Assembly: GCA_910586195.1 (NCBI GenBank)
Contig: CAJUHO010000002.1
Coordinates: forward strand, 6,952 to 70,951
DNA: 64,000 nt
Origin: an uncultured Bacilli bacterium
Lineage (GTDB): Bacteria; Bacillota_I; Bacilli_A; RF39; UBA660
Reading direction: 5' to 3'
Part shown: piece after piece, positions 36,308 through 46,293 of the stretch
Layout of the letters: each line of letters opens with the position of its first letter
How positions within the stretch are numbered: the first letter of the stretch is position 1
Program-made: the position numbers and the translations under genes
The notes under the pieces: generated by a model
Databases searched by the model: none
Told to the model about the DNA's origin: nothing
The model's input: the letters and a program-made list of their open reading frames with translations, nothing else

Positions 36308-38144
36308 ATTGTGCAATAGATATTGTATAGGGATTACTATTACAACTAGTAATAGAACTTCCTGGTCTTAGTCCTTCAATATAAGATCCTGGACTCATTC
36401 CAGAACCACTAACTCCAATTACAGTGATTTTTACATTAGGGTAATTATCTGCAAAAAATTTATATAGTGCATTACTTACTCCATTATAACCATCATAGCT
36501 TGTAAAAATATCCCTAATTTTAGAACTAACTGTATAGGTTTTGGCTGTACAGCTTGGTGTTTCTGGTTGAGATGGTGGAGTAGTATTGGTATTATTATTG
36601 GAAGGTTTATTGGTTGTTTGATTCTTATTACTATTGCTAGAATTTGTTGGCTTTTTTCCATTACTTAAGGTAATAGTAATGGTTGTATTTTCTGAAACTT
36701 CACTGTTTTCTTTCATAGACTGCTTAATAGCAATATCCTTTTCTTTATTATCGTACTCGTAAATGAAATTATAATTTAGATTTAATTCTTTTAGTTTTTT
36801 TATAATATCTTGTTTTTTCATACCTATTAATTTTGGTATCGTTGTCTTTTTTCCTTGGGAAATAGTAATGATAATTGTTTCATTATTTTTTATTGTGTCT
36901 CCTTCTTTGTGAGAGGTCTTAATGATTTTCCCTTGTTCTATTCTTTCATCAAACTGATATTCTTCTTGATAAGGAATTTGATATTTTTCTAACCAGCTTT
37001 TTAATTCGTTAATATCATCTACTTTTGGCATAGTTAATTTCCCTTTTGAAATAGTGATAGTAATTAATGTCTTTTGTTCAATAACATCTCCTTTTTTGTA
37101 GTTAGCTTTTATTACCTTATTCTTTTTTACACTATCATCATATTCATCATGAAATTCTATTTTTAATTTATTTTTTATAATCCATTCTGTAATTTCTGTC
37201 ATGTTCATGTTGATTAAATCTGGAACTTTTATCTTTGGACCTTTAGAGATGGTTAATAAAACCTTTTCATCTTGCTCTTTTATAATAGTACCAGCCTTTT
37301 TATCTTGGCTTATGACATTTCCTCTTTTTATTTTATTAGAAAAGTCTTCTTTCAACTCGTAGGATATAGTATGTTGCTTTAACCAAAATACTGCCTCAAA
37401 TTTTGATTTGTTAGTTAGATCGATTAATCCAACTTTTTCATCTTTTTCTTCTCCTCTTGAAAACACTAATTTTAATAAATCATTTCTTTTTCGATTGCCT
37501 TTTCCTTCTTGCTCAATTACTGTGTCTTTAATTTTAGAGGATTCTTGAAATTCTACCTCTATATTCGTTAAATAATTTTCTTTTATAAATGTTAAAACAC
37601 GTTCACTATTCCAAGTATCCATATCTGGTATAATTACTTCTTTTTCTGGATTTGGTCCCTCACTTATGGCAATTGTTAATTTTTTTATTTCATTTAGCTT
37701 AGTGTCGGGCTCTATATCTTGATTGATAACATAATATTCTTCTACCATATCGCTAAATTCATAAACAGTTTCGATATCTATATTATTTTTCTCTGACCAT
37801 TTAATAACCTCTGTTAGACTGCGATTGCTAAAGTTTGGTAAAACATTGTTTGTGAGATTAATAAAATTTAAATTTAGAGCGATTTGTAGGCTATTTAGTA
37901 AAATTAAAGAAATTGTTGCCATGATAGTTGGCCAAACTCTGTTTGTTTTCTTGTAATTTGTGATAATAAAGAAAATAGAAAAAATAGAGAATAACGCCAG
38001 TGGAATTAATGTGTTTAATTTTATCCCATCTTCTAAATTATTTAAGATTGTGATAACAAACAGAGAAAGTGTAGAAATAAAACTTAAAAATAAAAGTAGA
38101 TAATAAAAAATGTTTTTTTCTTTTTTCTTTTGTACTTCTTCCAT
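36306..38144 (-). CDS. Membrane protein with multiple PASTA domains (no kinase or transpeptidase domain) and Ser/Thr/Asn-rich linker + C-terminal domain
   Basis: N-terminal TM helices; about five repeats with the PASTA-like pattern (...TISKGPK..., ...ITISQGKKTTIPKLIGMKKQDIIKKLKELNLNYNFIYEYDNKEKDIAIKQS...TITLSNGKK); low-complexity NKPSNNNTNTTPPSQPETPS linker. Confidence 0.6.
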   Translation of the reverse strand: MEEVQKKKEKNIFYYLLLFLSFISTLSLFVITILNNLEDGIKLNTLIPLALFSIFSIFFIITNYKKTNRVWPTIMATISLILLNSLQIALNLNFINLTNNVLPNFSNRSLTEVIKWSEKNNIDIETVYEFSDMVEEYYVINQDIEPDTKLNEIKKLTIAISEGPNPEKEVIIPDMDTWNSERVLTFIKENYLTNIEVEFQESSKIKDTVIEQEGKGNRKRNDLLKLVFSRGEEKDEKVGLIDLTNKSKFEAVFWLKQHTISYELKEDFSNKIKRGNVISQDKKAGTIIKEQDEKVLLTISKGPKIKVPDLINMNMTEITEWIIKNKLKIEFHDEYDDSVKKNKVIKANYKKGDVIEQKTLITITISKGKLTMPKVDDINELKSWLEKYQIPYQEEYQFDERIEQGKIIKTSHKEGDTIKNNETIIITISQGKKTTIPKLIGMKKQDIIKKLKELNLNYNFIYEYDNKEKDIAIKQSMKENSEVSENTTITITLSNGKKPTNSSNSNKNQTTNKPSNNNTNTTPPSQPETPSCTAKTYTVSSKIRDIFTSYDGYNGVSNALYKFFADNYPNVKITVIGVSGSGMSPGSYIEGLRPGSSITSCNSNPYTISIAQ

Positions 38145-38285
38145 ATATACCTCCTATTTTCTATTTATATTATATAATAAGATAAAGTATTTAGATATGT
38201 TTCAGGACCCTTATTGACATAAGTGGACACTTGCCTTGACTATATCATTTTGTTATAATGGCTTTAGTATTATAAGGAGCTTAGT

Positions 38286-39551
38286 ATGAAAAAGATTCAT
38301 CAATTTATGAAGACAAATTTTTCTCTTTTACTAATTGTATTTTTGTATCTACAACCCTTTTTAGATGTGATAACGGCTATTTTTTTAGAAGTTTTTCATA
38401 TTCATTTTACTATTGGAATGATTTTTCGTTTCTTATTTTTGCTTTTTGTACTATATAGTGTCGTTTTTATCTTTCAAAAGAAGAGGTGTCTTGTTTATTA
38501 TGTGTTAGTTTTACTCTATAGTATTTGTTATATGGTTATGTTATACAGTACTGGTGGAGACTCTTTCTTGTTTTCAGAATTACAGATGTTACTTAAGTTC
38601 TTTTATTTTCCATTATTACTTACTTCATTTTATTTTATAAAAGACTCTATTGTGATTTCTGAGAAGATAATCATTCGTCTGTTTTGTATTTATCTTTTGT
38701 TTTTATTTATTCCCACTCTTACGCATACAGGTTTTCAAAGTTATGATGTCACTAAAGGAGGAAGTATTGGATGGTTTTATTCTGCGAATGAGATTAGTGC
38801 TATTATGGCAATTTTATTTCCTATATTTATCTCAGGTTTTAGTAATTTTAAGTACAAATTTTATAAAATATTATTTCTGATAATATATTTAGTAGTAATG
38901 TTGACAATTGGAACGAAAGTTCCATTATTAGCTTTTTTTCTTACCTTATTCTTTATTTTTATGTATATGCTTATCTGTTGGATAAGAGAGAAAAGGTATC
39001 AATGGATAATGGCATTGATGGCAGGAATTGTTGTAATAATAACTAGTGCAATTTTAATAATTCCTAAAACAACTTTTTATAAAAACATTCAAGTTCATTT
39101 GGACTTTTTAGGGGTGAATCATATAACCGATGTTTTTTCAAGTACTCATTTAATAGACCATTTTATTTTTAGTGAACGTGTTACCTTTTTAGAGGGAAAG
39201 AGTATCTCTTATGATAATGCCCCCCTTATTAAAAAAGTTTTAGGTCTTGGTATTCATGATGAGGATGATCTTAGCAAAATGATTGAAATGGATTATTATG
39301 ATGTTTTTTATAGTACAGGACTTGTTGGTTGTTTATTATTTTTTATTCCCTATCTTTATATCTTATATCAAATTTATAAATCTTTAAAAACAAAAAAATT
39401 TAATTTTATTCGCTATATGAATGTTGTTAGTCTTATTTTAATTTTATTGCTTTCTTTGTTTTCGGGACATGTCATTACGTCTCCTTCTGTTAGCATTTAT
39501 TGTATTATAATTTTGTTTTTTAACCTTTCTAATAAGATAGTGTGTACTTAG
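38286..39551 (+). CDS. Polytopic membrane protein, O-antigen ligase/polymerase (Wzy_C)-like
   Basis: 421 aa, 10-12 TM with one larger loop; first gene of the polysaccharide locus; assignment by topology and context only. Confidence 0.45.
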   Translation: MKKIHQFMKTNFSLLLIVFLYLQPFLDVITAIFLEVFHIHFTIGMIFRFLFLLFVLYSVVFIFQKKRCLVYYVLVLLYSICYMVMLYSTGGDSFLFSELQMLLKFFYFPLLLTSFYFIKDSIVISEKIIIRLFCIYLLFLFIPTLTHTGFQSYDVTKGGSIGWFYSANEISAIMAILFPIFISGFSNFKYKFYKILFLIIYLVVMLTIGTKVPLLAFFLTLFFIFMYMLICWIREKRYQWIMALMAGIVVIITSAILIIPKTTFYKNIQVHLDFLGVNHITDVFSSTHLIDHFIFSERVTFLEGKSISYDNAPLIKKVLGLGIHDEDDLSKMIEMDYYDVFYSTGLVGCLLFFIPYLYILYQIYKSLKTKKFNFIRYMNVVSLILILLLSLFSGHVITSPSVSIYCIIILFFNLSNKIVCT

Positions 39552-39610
39552 AATTTTATTGTTTTAAATTTTAATATGTTTTATAATGAGGTAAGAAAGT
39601 AGGAGAGACT

Positions 39611-40465
39611 ATGCAGAAGTTAGGTATGGTAATTATTAATTATAATGATTATAGTACTACAAAAAAGTTATTAGAAAATATTGTGGATTATTCTTGTTTG
39701 GATAAAATTGTTGTGGTGGATAATTGCTCTACAGATGATTCCTTTAAGAAACTAAAAAAATTAAAGTATAAAAAAGTAGAAGTTATTAAAAGCGAAGAGA
39801 ACAAAGGATATGCAGCTGGGATGAATTTGGGATCTTCCTATTTAATAAAAACTTTAGGCAAATGTCATATTATTTTTTCAAATGCAGATGTAATTATTCA
39901 AAATGAAAAAGATTTACTTTTACTTTCTAGTGATATTACGACAGAAATTGGAGTGGTAGGACCAGTTATTTTAGAACATGGAACTTTTAATCGAGGATGG
40001 AAAAAAACGAATGTATGGATAGAAGTTTCATTGAATCTTCCTCTTATTAATAGATACTTTAAAAAGAAGTTTCTTTATTATAAAGATAATCATTATCAGA
40101 CCGCGCTCTCTTTTGTGGATGTGATATCTGGTTGTTTCTTTATGGTAGATAGTACACTTTTACAAAATGTGGACTATTTTGATGAGGGGACGTTTCTCTA
40201 TTATGAAGAGCTGATTTTTGCGTGTAAGGTGCAAAATGCCAAGAAAAGGGTTTTAGTGGATAACCGAGTTTCTATTGTTCATGATCACTCAGTAACTGTG
40301 GATAAGAGTGTTAGTCGTATTCGAAAATATCGTATTTTAAAAACTAGTCAGAGATATTATGTGGAAAAGTATTTACAGGCGAATACTTTGGAGTTGTTTT
40401 TTCTTTTCCTTACTAATAAGTTATCTCTTGGTCTTTTATATATTAGAGGATTGTTTCATAGATAA
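39611..40465 (+). CDS. Family-2 glycosyltransferase
   Basis: GT-A fold motifs (VVVDNCSTDDS ... DxD-like); 284 aa. Confidence 0.7.
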   Translation: MQKLGMVIINYNDYSTTKKLLENIVDYSCLDKIVVVDNCSTDDSFKKLKKLKYKKVEVIKSEENKGYAAGMNLGSSYLIKTLGKCHIIFSNADVIIQNEKDLLLLSSDITTEIGVVGPVILEHGTFNRGWKKTNVWIEVSLNLPLINRYFKKKFLYYKDNHYQTALSFVDVISGCFFMVDSTLLQNVDYFDEGTFLYYEELIFACKVQNAKKRVLVDNRVSIVHDHSVTVDKSVSRIRKYRILKTSQRYYVEKYLQANTLELFFLFLTNKLSLGLLYIRGLFHR

Positions 40466-40609
40466 GTAGAGAGAAACAATCTTTTTTCATTGCTTGTATT
40501 AATGTATTATTTCGTTTATAATGAATTTAATGAATGTAGAGAGTAGCACTACATCATGATAACAAGGGCTTGGTATTAGTTTGATTTATGATAGTTTTAG
40601 GAGGTATAT

Positions 40610-41485
40610 ATGAAAGGAATTATTTTAGCAGGAGGTAGTGGTACAAGACTTGGTCCCAGTACGGATGGTGTTAGTAAACAAATGTTAGATATATATGATA
40701 AACCAATGATTTATTATCCACTATCTACATTGATGAGTGCTGGGATTCGTGATATTTTGGTAATCACTACTGAAGAAGATCAGAAAGTATTTATGAGACA
40801 GTTGCAGGATGGTAGTAAATTTGGTATTCATATTTCATACAAGATACAACCATCTCCTGATGGTCTTGCACAGGCCTTTTTGTTGGGAGAAGATTTTATT
40901 GGAGATGAGCCATGTGCTATGATTTTAGGAGATAATATTTTTTATGGTACAGGCTTTTATCGGATGCTAGACGAGGCGAGTAAAAATGCTTATCAGGGTA
41001 AAGCCACTATTTTTGGAAATCAGGTAAAAGATCCAGAGCGTTTTGGTATCATGGAGTTAGATTCTGAAAATAATGTGATTGGTGTAGAGGAAAAACCAGA
41101 ATTTCCAAAATCAAATTATGCAATTGTTGGCCTTTATTTTTATCCGGCTGGAGTATCAAAGTTAGCTAAAAGAGTAGAACCATCTGCTAGGGGAGAACTA
41201 GAAATTACTACTTTAAATGATTTTTATTTACAGCAAGGATTATTAAAAGCAGAACTTTTAGAGTCTGGTTTTGCCTGGTTTGATGCGGGGACACATGATA
41301 GTAAATTAGATGCTGCTAACATGATTCGAACTATTCAAAATCGTACTGGTCAAGTGGTTTGTTGTCCTGAAGTGGTGGCATATGATAAAGGGTGGCTTAC
41401 ACAAGGGGAATTAGAAGAACGTGCTAAAGTATATAGTAAAAATAATTATGGTAAGTATTTAAAAAGTATTTTGAAAGAGAAATAA
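40610..41485 (+). CDS. rfbA: Glucose-1-phosphate thymidylyltransferase
   Basis: MKGIILAGGSGTRLGP...; 291 aa; classic RmlA. Confidence 0.9.
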   Translation: MKGIILAGGSGTRLGPSTDGVSKQMLDIYDKPMIYYPLSTLMSAGIRDILVITTEEDQKVFMRQLQDGSKFGIHISYKIQPSPDGLAQAFLLGEDFIGDEPCAMILGDNIFYGTGFYRMLDEASKNAYQGKATIFGNQVKDPERFGIMELDSENNVIGVEEKPEFPKSNYAIVGLYFYPAGVSKLAKRVEPSARGELEITTLNDFYLQQGLLKAELLESGFAWFDAGTHDSKLDAANMIRTIQNRTGQVVCCPEVVAYDKGWLTQGELEERAKVYSKNNYGKYLKSILKEK

Positions 41486-41496
41486 AGGTGGTTTAA

Positions 41497-42066
41497 ATGA
41501 AAAAGATTGAAACTTGTTTGAAGGATTGTTATATATTAGAACCTGATCTTTTTGGAGATAATAGGGGTTATTTTACAGAGTTTTATAGTCAAAAAAAACT
41601 TAAAAGTCTTGAGTTGGAGGGAATTCTTGGAACAGTTGTACAGGCAAATCGTTCTATGAGTAAAAAAGGAACTTTACGTGGTATGCATTATCAATTAGGT
41701 ACGTCTTCTCAGGCAAAATTAGTAGAATGTTTGAAAGGCGCTGTATTAGATGTTGTAATAGACCTTCGTAAAAATTCTCCTACCTATAAAAAATGGACTA
41801 GTGTAGAATTAACACCTGAAAATCATCGTCAACTTTTGGTTCCAAAAGGATTTGCACATGGCTTTTTAACGTTAGAGGATGATACTTTATTTCAGTATTT
41901 GGTAGATGCGTTATATGATCCTTTTAATGAGGATGGAATTGCTTGGGATGATCCTGCTATTGGAATTGAGTGGCCTTTTGAGCAGTATGGAATAGATGAG
42001 CCCATTTTGTCAGAAAAGGATAAAAACCGTAAGACTTTAGAAGAAGCTGGAGTACCTTTTTTATGA
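41497..42066 (+). CDS. rfbC: dTDP-4-dehydrorhamnose 3,5-epimerase
   Basis: 189 aa RmlC cupin (FGDNRGYFTEF..., RGMHYQ). Confidence 0.9.
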   Translation: MKKIETCLKDCYILEPDLFGDNRGYFTEFYSQKKLKSLELEGILGTVVQANRSMSKKGTLRGMHYQLGTSSQAKLVECLKGAVLDVVIDLRKNSPTYKKWTSVELTPENHRQLLVPKGFAHGFLTLEDDTLFQYLVDALYDPFNEDGIAWDDPAIGIEWPFEQYGIDEPILSEKDKNRKTLEEAGVPFL

Positions 42067-42932
42067 GATATTTAATTACAGGTGTAAAAGGACAATTGGG
42101 ATATGATATTGTTCGTGAATTAAAAAAAAGAGATAGATTGGATTATTTGGCATTAGATTCAACAGAGATGGATATTACAGACCGTGATAAAGTCATGCAG
42201 GTGGTAACAACTTATAGGCCAGATGTGATTTTTCATTGTGCGGCTTGGACTGCTGTTGATAAAGCGGAGGAGAATAGAGAGCTTTGTGAAAAGGTAAATG
42301 TGCTTGGGTGTGCTAATATGACAGATGCTTCCCTTGCAGTAGATGCTAAGATTTTCTATATGTCTACAGATTATGTGTTCGATGGTGAAAAGGAAGGAGA
42401 ATATCGTCCAGAAGATGCTGTAAATCCTCGTAGTGTTTATGGTATGACAAAGTATCAGGGAGAAGAAGAGATTAGACGTAATCCTAAACATTATATCACT
42501 AGAATCTCTTGGGTTTTTGGTATTAATGGTAAGAACTTTGTAAAAACAATGTTGCAGCTAGCTGAAAATCACTCTGTTTTGAATGTAGTAGATGACCAAA
42601 TTGGTTCTCCCACTTATACTGTAGATTTAGCACGGCTATTAGTAGATATGAGTGATGAGGAAAAATATGGTACCTATCATATAACAAATGATGGATATTG
42701 CAGTTGGGCTGATTTTGCTGACTATATTTTTAAAACGAATCATAAAGAGGTAAAGGTAAATAGAGTATCAACGGAAGAGTATCTAAATCTTACAGGAACA
42801 AAACAGGCCAATCGACCAAAAAACTCAAAATTAAGTAAAGAAAAATTAATTAAATGCGGATTTAGTATGCTACCTTCATGGCAGGATGCTATAAATCGCT
42901 ATAATATAGAATTAGAAGGAAAAGAAAAGTAG
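42063..42932 (+). CDS. rfbD: dTDP-4-dehydrorhamnose reductase
   Basis: 289 aa RmlD; Rossmann N-terminus, YxxxK (YGMTKYQGE). Confidence 0.9.
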   Translation: MRYLITGVKGQLGYDIVRELKKRDRLDYLALDSTEMDITDRDKVMQVVTTYRPDVIFHCAAWTAVDKAEENRELCEKVNVLGCANMTDASLAVDAKIFYMSTDYVFDGEKEGEYRPEDAVNPRSVYGMTKYQGEEEIRRNPKHYITRISWVFGINGKNFVKTMLQLAENHSVLNVVDDQIGSPTYTVDLARLLVDMSDEEKYGTYHITNDGYCSWADFADYIFKTNHKEVKVNRVSTEEYLNLTGTKQANRPKNSKLSKEKLIKCGFSMLPSWQDAINRYNIELEGKEK

Positions 42933-42940
42933 GTGAATAT

Positions 42941-43945
42941 ATGAAATTTTTAATAACAGGGGGAGCAGGATTTATTGGAAGTAATTATCTACACTATGTA
43001 GTAGAAAAATATCCTAATGATTATTTTGTTTGTTTGGATGCACTCACTTATGCTGGAAATTATAATAATATTAAGATGTTAGAGGGTGCTAGTAATTTTA
43101 AGTTTGTTCATGGTGATATTACAAATCGTGATTTTATAGATACGTTATTTCAAGAGGAAGAGTTTGATGTAGTTGTGAATTTTGCTGCAGAGTCTCATGT
43201 AGATAATTCTATTAAAAATCCGTCTATATTTTTGACTACTAATATTATTGGTACACAAGTATTGATGGATGCTTCTTTGAAATATCAGGTTAAAAGATAT
43301 CATCAGGTATCAACAGATGAAGTTTATGGAGATTTGCCACTCGATAGAAAAGATTTGCTGTTTACAGAAAGTACTCCGATTCATACTTCAAGTCCTTACT
43401 CTACTAGTAAGGCTAGTGCAGATTTATTAGTCATGGCTTATTATAGAACATATGGCCTGCCAGTTACTATCAGTCGTTGTTCTAATAATTATGGACCTTA
43501 TCAGTTTCCTGAGAAGTTGATTCCACTTACCATTATGAAGGCCTTAAATAATGAGAAAATCCCCGTTTATGGAACAGGTGAAAATGTACGTGATTGGATT
43601 CATGTCCATGATCATAATGTTGGTGTGGATTTAATTGTACGAGAAGGGAAGATAGGAGAAGTCTATAACTTGGGCGGCCATGCTGAGCGTCCTAATATTG
43701 AAATTGTCAAAGTAATTTTGTCTCAACTAGATAAGGGAGAGGAGTTGATTACTTTTGTAGAAGATCGTAAGGGGCACGATTTGCGTTATGCCATTGATTC
43801 TACAAAAGCAGAACAGGAATTAGGTTGGAAGCGAACATATGACTTTGATACAGGAATGAAAGAGACAATAGAATGGTATCAAAATCACCAAGAATGGATT
43901 CATGATATCCAGAGTGGAGCATATAAGAATAGCTATAAAAAATAG
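42941..43945 (+). CDS. rfbB: dTDP-glucose 4,6-dehydratase
   Basis: 334 aa RmlB; TGGAGFIGSN, YSTSKAS catalytic motif. Confidence 0.9.
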   Translation: MKFLITGGAGFIGSNYLHYVVEKYPNDYFVCLDALTYAGNYNNIKMLEGASNFKFVHGDITNRDFIDTLFQEEEFDVVVNFAAESHVDNSIKNPSIFLTTNIIGTQVLMDASLKYQVKRYHQVSTDEVYGDLPLDRKDLLFTESTPIHTSSPYSTSKASADLLVMAYYRTYGLPVTISRCSNNYGPYQFPEKLIPLTIMKALNNEKIPVYGTGENVRDWIHVHDHNVGVDLIVREGKIGEVYNLGGHAERPNIEIVKVILSQLDKGEELITFVEDRKGHDLRYAIDSTKAEQELGWKRTYDFDTGMKETIEWYQNHQEWIHDIQSGAYKNSYKK

Positions 43946-43960
43946 AAAAGTTGAAAGTTT

Positions 43961-44001
43961 AGTACTATCGATTCAAAATTATTGCGATAGTACTATTTTT
44001 A
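43961..44001 (+). terminator. Rho-independent terminator after rfbACDB
   Basis: AGTACTATCG-(13 nt)-CGATAGTACT + ATTTTTATT. Confidence 0.6.
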
Positions 44002-44118
44002 TTATGTAATATCTAGTTAGGAATTGCGTTACAATTAAAATTCAAGAGATACTTCCTAGAAGATTATTTGCAATTGTTATATTTTATTGTTATACTTTTG
44101 ATAAAAGGTGGAGTTTTA

Positions 44119-45093
44119 GTGAAGACATATTTAATAACAGGTGGGGCTGGGTTTATTGGTTCTACATTAACGGAAAAGTTATTAACTAAGGGAAATAAAG
44201 TAGTGGTAATAGATAACTTTAATAATTATTATGATCCAAAGTTAAAACAGGAAAATATTGAATCTTTTTTTGATAATCATAATTATACCTTATATAGAAG
44301 TGATATTAGAGATCGTAATGAAGTAGCCAAGGTGTTTGATAATCATAAATTTGATGTGGTTGTTCATCTGGCTGCCATGGCTGGGGTTCGGCCCTCTATT
44401 GAGGATCCAATTTTATATCAGGAAGTTAATGGACTGGGAACCCAGAACATATTAGAAGAAGCTAGACTTCATAATGTACAAAATTTGGTACTAGCATCTT
44501 CTAGTAGTGTTTATGGTAACTGTATAGAGGTTCCCTTTAGAGAAAATATGATTGTTGATTTTGCGATTAGTCCTTATGCTGCTACTAAAAAGGCAAATGA
44601 AGTTATGGCCCATGTATATCATACCCTTAATAAGATGAATATTATAATGCTTAGGTTTTTTACTGTGTATGGTCCAAAGCAAAGACCAGACCTTGCAATC
44701 AATAAGTTTGTAAGACTCATGTTAGATAATAAGCCAATACCAATGTATGGGAATGGAACGACATCACGAGATTATACTTACGTTGATGATATTGTGAATG
44801 GTATTTACCAATCATGTGATTATGTGATGGAACATGAGAATGTTTATGAAATTATTAATCTTGGAAGTAATCACCCAATTAGTTTAAAAGACATGATAGA
44901 AATAATTGGAGAAGAATTAAAAATCAAACCTAAGATTGAACAATTGCCTATGCAACAAGGAGATGTGGATAGGACTTATGCTGATATTTCTAAGGCAGAG
45001 AAATTGTTAGGATATAAGCCTCAGGTGACATTTGAGGATGGTATTAAAGCATTTATTGTATGGTATTTAAAAAATAGAGAGGAAGAAAAATAG
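44119..45093 (+). CDS. NAD-dependent nucleotide-sugar epimerase (UDP-sugar 4-epimerase, Cap1J/WbpP-like)
   Basis: GTG start after AAAGGTGGAG; TGGAGFIGS, YAATKKANE (YxxxK); 325 aa. Confidence 0.75.
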   Translation: MKTYLITGGAGFIGSTLTEKLLTKGNKVVVIDNFNNYYDPKLKQENIESFFDNHNYTLYRSDIRDRNEVAKVFDNHKFDVVVHLAAMAGVRPSIEDPILYQEVNGLGTQNILEEARLHNVQNLVLASSSSVYGNCIEVPFRENMIVDFAISPYAATKKANEVMAHVYHTLNKMNIIMLRFFTVYGPKQRPDLAINKFVRLMLDNKPIPMYGNGTTSRDYTYVDDIVNGIYQSCDYVMEHENVYEIINLGSNHPISLKDMIEIIGEELKIKPKIEQLPMQQGDVDRTYADISKAEKLLGYKPQVTFEDGIKAFIVWYLKNREEEK

Positions 45094-45122
45094 AAATTCT
45101 GTAAAAAAATATATATTTTTGA

Positions 45123-45153
45123 CTATTGTTAAATAATACAATAGTATTTTTTT
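45123..45153 (+). terminator. Rho-independent terminator
   Basis: CTATTGT-(8)-ACAATAG + TATTTTTTT. Confidence 0.5.
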
Positions 45154-45207
45154 GTTAGTTGGTGCTATAATTAGAGAAGTGGCGTAATTAAGAGGTGTGA
45201 TGTTTGT

Positions 45208-46170
45208 ATGGCAAAAAAAGTCCAAAAGAAAAGTAAATCTAATAATATTAAAAAGCTAAAGACAGAATCGAAAAATAAAGTATTTCATCAGGTAGAAAAA
45301 TTTAATAGTAATCATTCTTCTAAAGACAGACCTAGTCGCATTCAAAAGAATGCTCATATTTACCATAATAAAAATTATGAATCACCAAGTGTGAGACCTC
45401 AAAAGTTTAGTTCTAGAAAAATTAATTTTGAAGATGATTTAGATATTCATTTGATGGAAGATGTTAATAAAAAAGTACTTGTTGTATTTTTGTTGTTTGT
45501 GTTGATATTTATTTATAGTGTATTTTTAATGATACAAAAGCAAGACTATAAAAAACAGATTCAAACACTAAAAATAGAAAAGGAAGAATTAAAGGACGAA
45601 AATGATAAAGTAAAGATGGCAAGGGAAAAGGAAAAGTTTGAGATAAAAAATTTGTTATTAGGAGACTCTATTACTTTCTATTACAATACTCATCGTTTTT
45701 TTAAAAAAGTGCCAGTACAAAAAAGTGCTGTTTCTGGTTACACTTCTGAAGATATTATTAATAATTTTAATAGTATGGTGACAAGCTATAATCCAAAAAA
45801 TGTAGTACTTTTAATTGGGACTAATGATATTGAACGTGGATATAGTAATCAAAAAATTTTAGATAATATAAAAACGATTGTTGAAAGAGTAAGAAAGCAT
45901 CCTTCAAGTATTATGATTCAAAGTATTTATCCCGTAAATGAAAGTGAGGAATATTCACCTGGTGTAAGAAGAAATAATAGACGCATTAAAACGTTAAATG
46001 CACAAATAAAAAAATATTGTGATAAAGAAAAAATTCCATATATTGATGTCTATCCTTCTCTTATTGATAAGAATGATAATTTAAAGAAAGAGTACACAAG
46101 TGATGGATTGCATGTTTCTGATGAAGGTTATGAAAAAATCACTTCTATTATCGAAGAATATTTACAATAA
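45208..46170 (+). CDS. Membrane-anchored SGNH/GDSL hydrolase (probable polysaccharide O-acetyl esterase/transferase partner)
   Basis: Basic N-terminus, one TM, coiled coil, then SGNH blocks: LLGDSIT (block I), GTNDI (block III), DGLHVSDEGY (block V, DxxH). Confidence 0.6.
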   Translation: MAKKVQKKSKSNNIKKLKTESKNKVFHQVEKFNSNHSSKDRPSRIQKNAHIYHNKNYESPSVRPQKFSSRKINFEDDLDIHLMEDVNKKVLVVFLLFVLIFIYSVFLMIQKQDYKKQIQTLKIEKEELKDENDKVKMAREKEKFEIKNLLLGDSITFYYNTHRFFKKVPVQKSAVSGYTSEDIINNFNSMVTSYNPKNVVLLIGTNDIERGYSNQKILDNIKTIVERVRKHPSSIMIQSIYPVNESEEYSPGVRRNNRRIKTLNAQIKKYCDKEKIPYIDVYPSLIDKNDNLKKEYTSDGLHVSDEGYEKITSIIEEYLQ

Positions 46171-46293
46171 ATTTTAATGATATATAGTCTAAAGAAGGGG
46201 ATACTCTTCTTTTTAATTTTCTCTCTTTCTGTTGCTTTTTCTCTTTTTTCTATGTTATATTTATTATAACAATATGATCCGGGGGGATATGGT

